DNA of 64,000 nt. Origin: Porphyridium purpureum. Lineage: Eukaryota. Shown one piece after another: positions 31,355 through 40,654 of the stretch. The stretch spans positions 186,001-250,000 of the forward strand of contig VRMN01000002.1 of assembly GCA_008690995.1 (NCBI GenBank), in the 5' to 3' direction. Position numbers and translations under genes: made by a program. Every line of letters starts with the position of its first letter. Position 1 is the stretch's first letter. The notes below the pieces were generated by a model, which did no database searches, was not told the DNA's origin, and was given only the letters and a program-made list of their open reading frames with translations.

Positions 31355-34300
31355 CACTCCCTGCCTGCTTGGCGCGGAAGGGCGTTCGTCCGAGCAGCTG
31401 ATCTCGCAGCTTTTGAAACCTTGCCCCCTGTAATGGCTTGGTTAAGACATCGGCGGTCATGCCGTCGCTGGGGCAGTGGTGCACCACAACCTCTCCATTC
31501 TTCACCTTGTCGGTGACGAAGAAGTGCCGGATATGCATATGACGAGTACGTGACGAGTTCGGGCGGCCATTGGCAATCATTGCCATCGTGGACATGTTGT
31601 CCTGTAGCAGGTGCGCCGCGCCGAAGTCCACGCCCTGTGCCGCAAGAAAGTTGCGAGTCCAGATGAGCTGCCCAACGTTGTCGCTTACCGCGACCAGCTC
31701 AGCTTCAGTGCTGCTCTTCGTAACGACTTTCTGCTTGCTGCTCTTGGCAAAAATTGCCCCGCGTCCCAGCGAAATGGCGACGCCAGTGTGGCTGGTCATG
31801 CCCTCGTGGACAGCGAACGCAGCGTCCACAGAAGCTGTCGGTGGGCTGGAGACGGCAAAGGCAACGCCGAGATCGCGGGTAGTGGAGAGGTAACGCAGTG
31901 CACGCTGGAGTTTTCTCTCATCTTCGACGGTCGGCGCGGATACGCGCGTGCTCAAAAAACTGACCGCGGTCAGCAAGTCAGGACGCGCACGTTTTGCCAT
32001 ATACAACAGCTTACACACCAGAGAATGGAAACGGTCTGCACGCGGGCCGGACAGACGCTCGACCTTATTGCTCACAGCAAAGAGGTTTGTACCGGCTGGG
32101 GAGGAGCTGCGGCCGCTGACCGCGGAGTCTTTAAGTACTGTCTCCACGTAGCCTGGCATGCTCACGGAGACGATCCCAGGAGTATTGAAATCGAATACCA
32201 TCCCGACGTAGCTCAGGACCTTGCCGCGGTGTCGCTCAACGCCGTCATACTCATGTTCAATCTCTCGAATCAAACCGTCAATGTCGCTTTCACTGGGCGC
32301 GGAAACAAAGACATCATCCACATGCAGGACCACAGTCACCTGGCGTCCATGCTGCTCTCGGTTCCAAACGCATGCGTCGTATGGGTTCGGCACGAATCGC
32401 AGCTTTACGAGCAGGCCTGTAAGCTTTTCGTACCAAAGCTTTGATGCCAGAATGGTGCCGTAAAGTGCCTTGTTTAAGCGGCAGATCATTGTTCCGTCGA
32501 CGTTCTGCTGTGCTTGGTAGCGCGGCTCAATGGCAACCAGCGTGTTTGCTAAAAATCGGTTCAGGCGGATATACGTCGGCGGGTTGTCCGGCATCTGGGC
32601 ATTGAGGAAGGCGCCAGGGAAATCGATACTTGCCACTGCACGATTTTCTTGCGCGGCCAATGCAGCGATAAGGAAGAGCGCGTTTGTAGACGCTGTTGGC
32701 GATGACGCGTCCGGATACAGCGACTTGTCCTGAAGGTTGCCGCCAGCGACCAAGCGCGCCTTTATTTTCTTCAGGTCGCCATTGGCCCATGTCTGCGCTT
32801 TGACAAAAAGGTGCGACGGGATGATCATTCTCCTTTGCGCCCATGACATGTCACGCAGTGCCACCGGATGCAGAACATCCTTGCCATGCCGTGGAAGCAT
32901 TTGGGCAACCTCGGCTACGACAGCCTGCAGCGCCCCAGCACCATACTGTCGGCAGGCTGCCTTTGCACTGAGATGCATCACCGAGGCGTGCTTGAGCGTG
33001 GTGAGGAATGCGCGAGCTCTCTTGCTGATCTCGTCAGGTTCGACGACACCCGTGGCTTTGCGCTTGCTCATGCTTGTCCTCGTGCTCGGCTTGCGCGCAC
33101 GCTTGCCTCGCTGCGGCATGGCTCCAGCCGTGCGCTTGAGCTCCATGATGATTGAGTGGCTACGCTTTAGCAGATCTTCGGGCGGCTCGCACGCCTCCTG
33201 TTGCTCGCCGTTTGTTGGAGCCTTACGCTTGCGGTCAGGTTTGATTTCGATTGCTTGTTCCTTGAAGCGCACCGACTCTGATGCCGGCGACGGGGAAGGC
33301 CAGTAGTCGCCTATAGGATGTTGCGGCCCCGACCCTTCTGCGGATTCATGTGCTCCCAGTTCTTCCGCAGTTTCATGGCCTCCTAGATTCTCCGCACTTT
33401 TGTGCACTCCCGGGTTTTCCGCCGGTCCTAGCACTCCCGGGTTTTCTGCCGCTCCTGGTACTCCCGGGTTTCCCGTTGGCTCTAAATCGTCGTGCTCGTG
33501 AACCGGGTTTCCGTGCAGTGCCTCTGCATCGTCGCTGGCAAGCTTTGGTGATTGCTGGTGCTGCAGCATTCGTGGACTTGGGGACGGGCTGGTATTGGTC
33601 GCGTCCCGGATGGACGGCAGTCGTGCTTGTTCGGAAGCAGCTGCAAGTTGATCGTCTTCACGTGCAGACTCATGCTTGTCAGGCAGGTCGGCGTCTTCAC
33701 TAGATAGATAAGTTGCGGGCAACTCATCTGGTTCATACGTCGTGCCAGCAACCTCGTAATCATCCTCGTAATTAGTAGGCACCGTGGATGCTGATGCTTC
33801 CTGAACTGGTTCTGCGGCATCAACAGTCTCGTCCAAGCCACGCTCGCTGTGGGCTGCATCGAGCAGAACCACTCCGCCGTGCGCAAGATCGTTCATGCGC
33901 TCAATGACTTCTGCAGGCGTCGGCAGCTGCGTCCAGCGCTGACGAACTGTTGTCCGGCCCGTTTTCAGACCGAACATGTGCCAGCTGCCGCTCAAGTTGT
34001 CTGAGCCATATAGCGCAATGCACCCCTCTGTGCGCGGCTTTAGCGAGTTGCATGTCTTGGCTGTGTGCACTTGAACGTATTCGCCGAACTTCAGGCGCAG
34101 GTCTCGACTTGCATCGGTTTTTAGACCAGTGAAGAGTTCGCGAGCGCTTGCACCGGGGCTCTGAGAAACCGTGGATGGCAGCATGTTCAACCGCTGCACG
34201 CAGTATTGTACGGCGGCCGCCAGAAGCCCGAGCGGCAGTCGAAACGGAAGGCCATTGACAACGCAGCGCACACGTTCCTTCACGAGCCGTATGGCGCGCT

Positions 34301-35276
34301 CGGCGGCGGGCACGGCCTCGGTGGCAGCCGTAATCTCCGGCAGGATACCCGCGCGCATAAGCTCCTCTGCGACTGCGACGAGGCCACTCTCTGGGTCGGA
34401 CCGAATCTCATTAATGAGAACATTGTGAGCTGAGGCGTGCGCAATTTGTGCGCGCAGCGCCCGGCCAATGTCCGCAGCGGTCTTGTTACGCATAGGCGTC
34501 ACATACACGTATTGCGAAGGCTTGGCTACGGCGAGCAAGAAAGGCTGTCTTTCGATGAACATCACGTCGCAGTGCAGGCTTTGTTGCTGCCTTGCCAGCC
34601 GACGCCGCACTTCTGGAATCTTTGGGCTCCGGTGCCCAGTGGTACGACCCTTCAGGGCTGCGACGTCCGGGCCCCACAAAATGAGCGCGCGGTCGACATC
34701 TCTAGCTGTGACACTCGTACCAATCAGAGCCCCGCTGCGCATGGCATGCAGCAGCGCGGAGGTTGACGGGTAGGCCAGCTTTCGCACGAGATCTTGGGCC
34801 TCGCGGGCTTTGTCTATCTCTCGCTTAGTAAATTCTTGGTCGTGCTCGGTCGCAGTGAGTAGTGCGGAGCACGGGGTACGATTGGAGGCGGGTACAATAC
34901 TCAAACGGCGAAAATGCTCCTTATCTTTTACTCTGCACGTGTACACATGGTCGTGTCGGTGAGTAAAGACTAAGGGATCGCCGGCGGGCAAGCGAAGCAC
35001 AAACTGGTCTTTGACATGGTCAAACGTCAGGTTGTGGCCTGCCATTTTTAGGCGGCCAGCAGATAGCAGATTCGCGTTCACGTGCTTACTCCAGTACGCA
35101 ACGCCGACCGCAGTGTCTCCGCAGAACTCGACGCGCTGCTCTTGCGCTCCCTTTTGGATTCCCGACAGGTGAAGAGGTTGACTTGCCCGGCGAAAGTTAC
35201 TGACGAGGCTCTTACTGCGCAAGATGTGCTCGCTAGCCAACGTGTCAAGCCCCACTTCGTTGTCGCCAAAAGGCAT
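31245..35276 (-). CDS. pol: Copia pol polyprotein (protease, integrase, RT, RNase H); frame is open upstream to the gag TGA
   Basis: Protease LDTLAS; integrase D(LHCDV)..D(RSDPE)..E(AERAIRLVKE); RT KARLVAGG, KALYG, LHVDD; RNase H VDAAF, KSSTEAE, QDN, ADVLTKPL. The ORF ends inside the 3' LTR. Confidence 0.95.
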   Translation of the reverse strand: MPFGDNEVGLDTLASEHILRSKSLVSNFRRASQPLHLSGIQKGAQEQRVEFCGDTAVGVAYWSKHVNANLLSAGRLKMAGHNLTFDHVKDQFVLRLPAGDPLVFTHRHDHVYTCRVKDKEHFRRLSIVPASNRTPCSALLTATEHDQEFTKREIDKAREAQDLVRKLAYPSTSALLHAMRSGALIGTSVTARDVDRALILWGPDVAALKGRTTGHRSPKIPEVRRRLARQQQSLHCDVMFIERQPFLLAVAKPSQYVYVTPMRNKTAADIGRALRAQIAHASAHNVLINEIRSDPESGLVAVAEELMRAGILPEITAATEAVPAAERAIRLVKERVRCVVNGLPFRLPLGLLAAAVQYCVQRLNMLPSTVSQSPGASARELFTGLKTDASRDLRLKFGEYVQVHTAKTCNSLKPRTEGCIALYGSDNLSGSWHMFGLKTGRTTVRQRWTQLPTPAEVIERMNDLAHGGVVLLDAAHSERGLDETVDAAEPVQEASASTVPTNYEDDYEVAGTTYEPDELPATYLSSEDADLPDKHESAREDDQLAAASEQARLPSIRDATNTSPSPSPRMLQHQQSPKLASDDAEALHGNPVHEHDDLEPTGNPGVPGAAENPGVLGPAENPGVHKSAENLGGHETAEELGAHESAEGSGPQHPIGDYWPSPSPASESVRFKEQAIEIKPDRKRKAPTNGEQQEACEPPEDLLKRSHSIIMELKRTAGAMPQRGKRARKPSTRTSMSKRKATGVVEPDEISKRARAFLTTLKHASVMHLSAKAACRQYGAGALQAVVAEVAQMLPRHGKDVLHPVALRDMSWAQRRMIIPSHLFVKAQTWANGDLKKIKARLVAGGNLQDKSLYPDASSPTASTNALFLIAALAAQENRAVASIDFPGAFLNAQMPDNPPTYIRLNRFLANTLVAIEPRYQAQQNVDGTMICRLNKALYGTILASKLWYEKLTGLLVKLRFVPNPYDACVWNREQHGRQVTVVLHVDDVFVSAPSESDIDGLIREIEHEYDGVERHRGKVLSYVGMVFDFNTPGIVSVSMPGYVETVLKDSAVSGRSSSPAGTNLFAVSNKVERLSGPRADRFHSLVCKLLYMAKRARPDLLTAVSFLSTRVSAPTVEDERKLQRALRYLSTTRDLGVAFAVSSPPTASVDAAFAVHEGMTSHTGVAISLGRGAIFAKSSKQKVVTKSSTEAELVAVSDNVGQLIWTRNFLAAQGVDFGAAHLLQDNMSTMAMIANGRPNSSRTRHMHIRHFFVTDKVKNGEVVVHHCPSDGMTADVLTKPLQGARFQKLRDQLLGRTPFRAKQAGSVLKNTAVQLPTDEPHDEEAAGACIGAAAGTAEAPIS
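31355..31371 (-). other. Polypurine tract (minus strand ..AAGCAGGCAGGGAGTG) before the 3' LTR
   Basis: Purine-rich run immediately internal to the 3' LTR. Confidence 0.65.
33340..33480. repeat. 27-bp degenerate tandem repeat encoding (G/E)NPGV units in the INT-RT linker
   Basis: ACTCCCGGGTTT at 33406, 33433 and 33460. Confidence 0.75.
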
Positions 35277-35339
35277 TGCGCTCTCGAGCGCCCATCCTTG
35301 TCTGCGCCTGCGAGCCGGCTGGGCTCGCAGGCCGCGTCC

Positions 35340-36428
35340 TCATGCGGAGGCATGCTCATCGATTTCATCATCCGTGGTTGCACGGTGCGCGTGCGCGGCG
35401 TTGGCGGCCCCATTGTGTCGTCCTCGCGCAGCGCGAGCGTTTAGCAGCTCGCGTGCGGTACGCTGCAGCTCACGAATGAGCTGCATCTCGTTGTCGTCGT
35501 CTTGGCGCGTACTCGGCCGCCTTGCGCCGCGATATCCGCGCGACAATGCAGCGCGCGAAGGTGGAGCGCGCGGCTCTTCCTTCCTTTCTTCGGCGAGCGA
35601 GGTCTGATATATCGCTGCCGCGGGCTTCGGCGCTCGCGTAAACTCGAAGTCGGCTAAGAATTGGTAGGTCTGATCAACACTCAGCGTGCGCATGCCGGCG
35701 TTTTTGTGATACGCCACAGCTTCTACAAAGCGTCCCGCGTTCACTTTCTCTAAGAAATCCAAGCCAAGGCGTTCGCCAGAAGGCACGCTTTCGCCGACAA
35801 TCTGCATAGCCAGAAGCGTTGCTTCGAAACGCACTTTAAAAGAGGGCAGGTCCTCTCCGGGCTCCATTCGTACAGCGTCGTAGCGCTGACGCGCATAAAG
35901 CTGCTTGGCGACCTCCGTCTTGCCTCGCGTCATGTGCACAGAAATGACCTCGTGCACGAGCAAGAGCGGGTCGTTCGAGTCCTGGGCCAGCTGTGTCCAG
36001 GTCGAGCAGCGCTTCAGTGCGGCGCGAGATGCGGCACTGAGTTGCCCGATGATGAGTCCAAATACCTTCACGCGAGCACTCTTGAGCTCAGCGCTCCAGC
36101 GCGCTCGCTCCTGTATCGCTGCGCGCATCTGCTCCTTGACCAGGAAAGCTCGCATCTCCTCGTCCACGTGTCCCGGAAACTCGATCGTCTCGACAGGAGC
36201 CGTGGGTGGCTGCGGGTACCTTGGGGCATTTGGTCCGACCCCAATATCGAATACTGACGCAATGTCTCCGTACTCTCGGCGCGTGTGGGCACTGAGCGAC
36301 TCTAACCAAATCACGACTGCCTCCGCGGGCTGCGCCTCTTGCTCTGAGTAAGAGAGGAGAGGGAGAGCCGGGATGAGACCCTGCTCACGCGGCGCGCGCG
36401 CACCGGCTCGGCGGTATACTGAAGCCAT
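35340..36428 (-). CDS. gag: Retrotransposon gag
   Basis: Starts just after the 5' LTR; capsid-like KVFGLIIGQLS, DPLLL, VRMEPGEDLPSFKVRF; no CCHC knuckle; ends at TGA in frame with pol. Confidence 0.85.
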   Translation of the reverse strand: MASVYRRAGARAPREQGLIPALPLLSYSEQEAQPAEAVVIWLESLSAHTRREYGDIASVFDIGVGPNAPRYPQPPTAPVETIEFPGHVDEEMRAFLVKEQMRAAIQERARWSAELKSARVKVFGLIIGQLSAASRAALKRCSTWTQLAQDSNDPLLLVHEVISVHMTRGKTEVAKQLYARQRYDAVRMEPGEDLPSFKVRFEATLLAMQIVGESVPSGERLGLDFLEKVNAGRFVEAVAYHKNAGMRTLSVDQTYQFLADFEFTRAPKPAAAIYQTSLAEERKEEPRAPPSRAALSRGYRGARRPSTRQDDDNEMQLIRELQRTARELLNARAARGRHNGAANAAHAHRATTDDEIDEHASA

Positions 36429-36467
36429 GAGCACTTGTGTGCGGTGCAGCGGGGAACTTCAACTTTG

Positions 36468-36654
36468 TGTTATAAAATCCACTTTCAACTTTATAGAAAG
36501 TCTACTGTTGGCAAAGTTGAACGTGACACCCCTACCGAATGGGTCTAAGAGATCGGCGCCTCGGCCGTCCCGGCAGCGGCGCCTATGCAGGCACCTGCTG
36601 CTTCTTCGTCGTGCGGTTCATCTGTCGGTAGCTGTACCGCCGTGTTCTTCAACA
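36468..36654 (-). repeat. 5' LTR
   Basis: Identical to 31168-31354. Confidence 0.96.
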
Positions 36655-37443
36655 TCGGGTGCGGGTTTGACACACAGAGAGACGAGAGAGGACGCGTGAT
36701 TGTGTGAGCAAAGAAGGTGGACGGGATGAGACGGGCGGCGTTGTTTTGATATGGTGTGATCAGGCAAGGGGGCGGCACGGAGGGAGGAGGGAGGAAGGAA
36801 AACTCAGACGTTAGGAGCAAGCAGCTCGCGGTTAATGATGGGAAAGCGAGAAAGGAACGTTGTGGTTTAGCGGTTCTGGCTTAGCGGTTCCGGTTTCGGG
36901 TTTAGCGGTTAGGGTTAGGGTTGTTGTGTGTGAGTTGCCGGGGGGTGTTCGGGCGGTTTCATGGTTTGGATGGTGCCGGGGGAGGAAGGGGGCGCGGACG
37001 CGGTTCGTGGTTGGATTGAAGGAGAGGGTTTGAAAGCAGGAGGAGCGGGAGAGGGAGGGCGGAAAGGCAGCAAGAGGTGTGGGGGAGGTGGTGTTGGTGG
37101 TGGACCGAGGGGGTGGGACGCGTGGGGAGGAGTGGTGTGCGGTGGACTCCGAGCGCGGCGGCGGTGGGAGGAGAGCCCGGTGCGTGTGTGTGGCGGCGGT
37201 GTGGTGTGGGAGGGGGAGGAAGCGTGGCGTTGCGATCGAGGACGGAAGGTGGAGGTACACGGCAGGGAAGGTGTGCGGGAGAGGGGCGGGCGGTGTGGAT
37301 GTACGTGGTGCGGCCGTAGCGCGCGCCGTGGGTGAGGGAGCGGGCGGGGAAGAGCGGGTCGTGTTGGTGCACGTGCGCGCCGCGCAGAGGGGTTCGGGGG
37401 AGCTGCGGGGTGACGGGTTCCCGCGCCGCGCGATCGAGAGAGC

Positions 37444-38544
37444 ATGGCGGAAGATGGCAAGGCTCCGAGCAAAAAGCGGCAGGGCCAGTTTGTGAATCAC
37501 TTCCGCGATGGGCTGTTCTTCAACCCGTGGGAGTCGTTCAAGGAGGAGCACGCAAAGATGACCGTGCCCCTCGCGGACAAGACGCCGCGAGAGCCCGTCA
37601 AGGATGTAGAGATCGCCGCGCTCGCGTTGCTCAGCTCCAAGCCGGACTTTGAAATCGTTCGAGATGCGTGGTTCGAGACCAGAAGAAACGTCGGCCTCAC
37701 GTGGCTGGGGCACTGCACGTACATCATCCAGATGTACGGCGCGACCATCCTCACCGACCCGAACTTTGCGCAAAAGTGCCCAGCGCCATACCTGTTTGGC
37801 TCGGCAAAGCGGCTGTCCCCCGTGATCTGCCCCGTGGAGCACTTTCCGCAACTCGACATTGTTGTAATTACAGCTGCGACTGACGACAAGCTCGTTGAGG
37901 AGTCGATTCGCGACGTGGTGCGTGTGCAGCCGAACGTCAAGTTTTTGGTGCCCCTGGGCGTAGGCGAGACGCTCGTAGAGTACGGCGTCGACAGATCGAA
38001 CGTCCAGGAAATGGACTGGTACGACGAGGTGGAAATCGTCGGCATTCGCGCCGTGTGCTGCCCGTCGCAACATCTTTCAGGCAAGATCTCCAAGGGGAAC
38101 GGGTCTAGCAGTGCACTGTGGTGCTCATGGACATTTATTGGGCCGCGCTCGCGTGTATTCTACGTGGGAAGCACTGGCTACCGCGGCTGCGGCCGCAAGT
38201 TATTTAAGCTCTCGCCAGCGGAACGCGCTAGCATTCCGGTATGCCCAGCGTTCAAAGAAATCGGCGAGCTGTACGGTCCGATCGACCTGGCCCTTGTGCC
38301 TGTTGGTAATTACGCGCCGCGTGCATTTACGGGCTCCATACAGAGTGACCCGTGCGACTCGGTCGACTTATTCTGTGACTTGCGCGCGCGCCAAGCCGTC
38401 GCACACAACTGGGGTACATTCACATTTGGGAATGAGGAGGTGCTTCAACCGCTGCGCGATTTAGAAAGAGCGATGCATGAGCGCGGCGTCTCGGACTCTG
38501 AGTTTGCCGTCCTCCTTTTCGGCAAGACCATGCTCTATTACTAG
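37444..38544 (+). CDS. NAPE-PLD-like metallo-beta-lactamase-fold protein with degenerate metal motif
   Basis: F.NPW, LTWLGH, ILTDPNF, EMDWY, PSQH, LWCSW, FKEIG..YGPIDLALVPVGNYAPR, HNWGTF; HxHxDH is replaced by AATDDK. Confidence 0.82.
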   Translation: MAEDGKAPSKKRQGQFVNHFRDGLFFNPWESFKEEHAKMTVPLADKTPREPVKDVEIAALALLSSKPDFEIVRDAWFETRRNVGLTWLGHCTYIIQMYGATILTDPNFAQKCPAPYLFGSAKRLSPVICPVEHFPQLDIVVITAATDDKLVEESIRDVVRVQPNVKFLVPLGVGETLVEYGVDRSNVQEMDWYDEVEIVGIRAVCCPSQHLSGKISKGNGSSSALWCSWTFIGPRSRVFYVGSTGYRGCGRKLFKLSPAERASIPVCPAFKEIGELYGPIDLALVPVGNYAPRAFTGSIQSDPCDSVDLFCDLRARQAVAHNWGTFTFGNEEVLQPLRDLERAMHERGVSDSEFAVLLFGKTMLYY

Positions 38545-38821
38545 ACACGCTCGTGGTGCCTTGATTTCGGCCGCGCGTGGGTCCGTCCGAGCTGTGTGTG
38601 TGGCATGGGTCGGTTTCTCTGTGCAGGCTTCGTGGGTCGCATTTCTTTTCCTTAATTTTCGTCCTCTTCTTAGACTAGTTCCGACCGCTCATGCATAAAG
38701 AAATCGCGCTCTCCACGTTCGGTTCGCGCGCATCAGATCTGTTTGCGGGTCGATAGCGACTCTGGCTGTGCGAGCGGCGCGGTCGTGCGTGGCGATCGCC
38801 GTGTCCAGAAACCTGCCAATC

Positions 38822-39862
38822 ATGAGAGACCGACCATTGTCTCGTCGCAACGGTCGCGGTGTGAGTCGCACACCCGCGTGGACATGCAACCTGGTGACCG
38901 CACCGTCGCCGATGCGTCTCGTTCGCGTTCGCTCGGTGGATGTGCTTGTAAAGTGCGATCACGAGCGCCAGCTCCGATGCGGGGTGAGCGGCAACAAAGT
39001 GCGCAAGTTTGCGGGGCTGCAGCGCAAGCTGGCGGAGCAAGAGCATGGAGTCAAAAGTCTTGTATCATTTGGCGGCGTGCAGAGCAATGCCATGCTTGCG
39101 CTGGCGAGCATCGCTGCCGACGCCAACGTCGCGTTTGAGTACTACACGCGAACGCTGTACGACGAGCCCGCTGGAAACTTGGCTCTGGCGCTCGAGCATG
39201 GCATGAAATTATACGAGCTCGGTAAAGAGGCGTACGCGGATACTTTCAACTCGGCGAGCGCTGTCGCGACTTTCTGCAACTCACTCGAACGCAGCGATCT
39301 GTTTATTTTTCAAGGCGGTGCGTGCAAGCTGGCAGAGCCAGGTTGCCTGGAGCTAGCACAGGAGATACATGCAGATGTTCTTGCCGCGCAACTGGACCCC
39401 GCGAATGTCGACGTAGCAGTATGCTCCGGTACCGGCACGCTCGCATTCTTTCTGGCTCAGGGTCTTGCCGCGATTGGCTCGGCCATCCGCGTCTTGGTGA
39501 TCCCAGTCGTTGGGGACGAAAGCACGACACGTGCGCAATGGCAGGAGCTCTGTACGAGAGAAAGTATCTCACCGCGCGACATGAATGTACACATACTTGT
39601 AGACCGCAAGCGGCCGTTCGCGAAACCTCGGCGCGCACTGTACGGCATTTGGTTGGAGCTCCGTGAGCATTGGGGGCTTCCTGTTGATCTCGTTTATGGT
39701 GCGCGTGCATTTGAAATTCTCTTCAATGTGGATGGCAGATTCCAGCAGATGCCGGCCAGCACTAGTGATGCGCCCCGGCAACTAGTGTATTACCATTGCG
39801 GAGGTATGGAGGGCGATGTCACCCAACTCGAGCGGTACAAAAGCATGGGACTAGATCAATGA
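38822..39862 (+). CDS. PLP-dependent ACC deaminase / D-cysteine desulfhydrase family protein
   Basis: SGNKVRK (PLP lysine), SFGGVQSNAM, SGTGT, DLVY, YYHCGG. Start uncertain (38822 or 38912). Confidence 0.85.
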   Translation: MRDRPLSRRNGRGVSRTPAWTCNLVTAPSPMRLVRVRSVDVLVKCDHERQLRCGVSGNKVRKFAGLQRKLAEQEHGVKSLVSFGGVQSNAMLALASIAADANVAFEYYTRTLYDEPAGNLALALEHGMKLYELGKEAYADTFNSASAVATFCNSLERSDLFIFQGGACKLAEPGCLELAQEIHADVLAAQLDPANVDVAVCSGTGTLAFFLAQGLAAIGSAIRVLVIPVVGDESTTRAQWQELCTRESISPRDMNVHILVDRKRPFAKPRRALYGIWLELREHWGLPVDLVYGARAFEILFNVDGRFQQMPASTSDAPRQLVYYHCGGMEGDVTQLERYKSMGLDQ

Positions 39863-40654
39863 GCTTGAGCGAGCTGAGCCCGGCGCTTCGACACAAACTG
39901 CAAAAGCTGGCAGTACAGGTCACGCAAGGTGCCATGATCTTGGCGTGTCGGAGTGCAAAACGGTAACCGCGGAAAGTAGTGAAAGGAGCTCTGCAATTCA
40001 TTTCATGCCGTTTGCCGACTGGACATATCCCATCCACGTCTGCATGTATGATTCAGGCGTCCCGACCAGGGGAAGACATTCAACCTCGCAGGAGGATAGA
40101 GAGATATAGAGCAATTTGTAGCCGTCCAGAAACCATGTTTACTCTGGCAGGACGCCATCTTCCGCCAGTACCAAGCCGCTTGGGACATGTCATGAATCGC
40201 GGTTGAGTGCGCGAACAAACCATCCCACGGTACAATATCGAACATCAATTTTTATTTTTTTTTCCTTTCCTCACGAACAGGCGATAGAATCCGTGCGCCA
40301 TGACCTTGAGCTGCTATTCAACCGGACAATACATTCACTCAATATGCTCGTACTCACATGAGCACGCGGCACGCGGCACGCAGCGCAAAGATCGCGTCAC
40401 GTGTTGACACGTGCTTGGGCATGCGCGACCATCGCGTTCAAGCTCGTGCGTGCGCACCAACCAACCTTGCCCACCTCGAGTCAATCCTGCATGAAACCGG
40501 ATGAACCGTTTGAACCGGATAAGCGAACGTGCGCCGCTTGACGTGCTGGCTTGTGTGGAAACAAGTGGAGCAGTTTGTGTTCAAAGGGAGGAAGGCGGGA
40601 GAGAAAGGGACCGGGGGACGCGGGTTCTGAGGACAGGTGTCGAGCGCGTGGGCT

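Larger units (their letters stand above)
31168..36654 (-). mobile_element. Full-length Ty1/Copia LTR retrotransposon (~5.5 kb)
   Basis: Identical 187-bp TG..CA LTRs; TSD TCGGG at 31163-31167 and 36655-36659; order gag-PR-INT-RT-RNaseH; purine tract next to the 3' LTR. Confidence 0.96.

Noticed and set aside
35333..35342. gag-pol TGA as a selenocysteine codon
   Set aside because: Not in a redox motif and I saw no SECIS in the element; generic readthrough fits better.
36545..36820. ORF ending in the same residues as pol
   Set aside because: Only reflects the duplicated LTR sequence.
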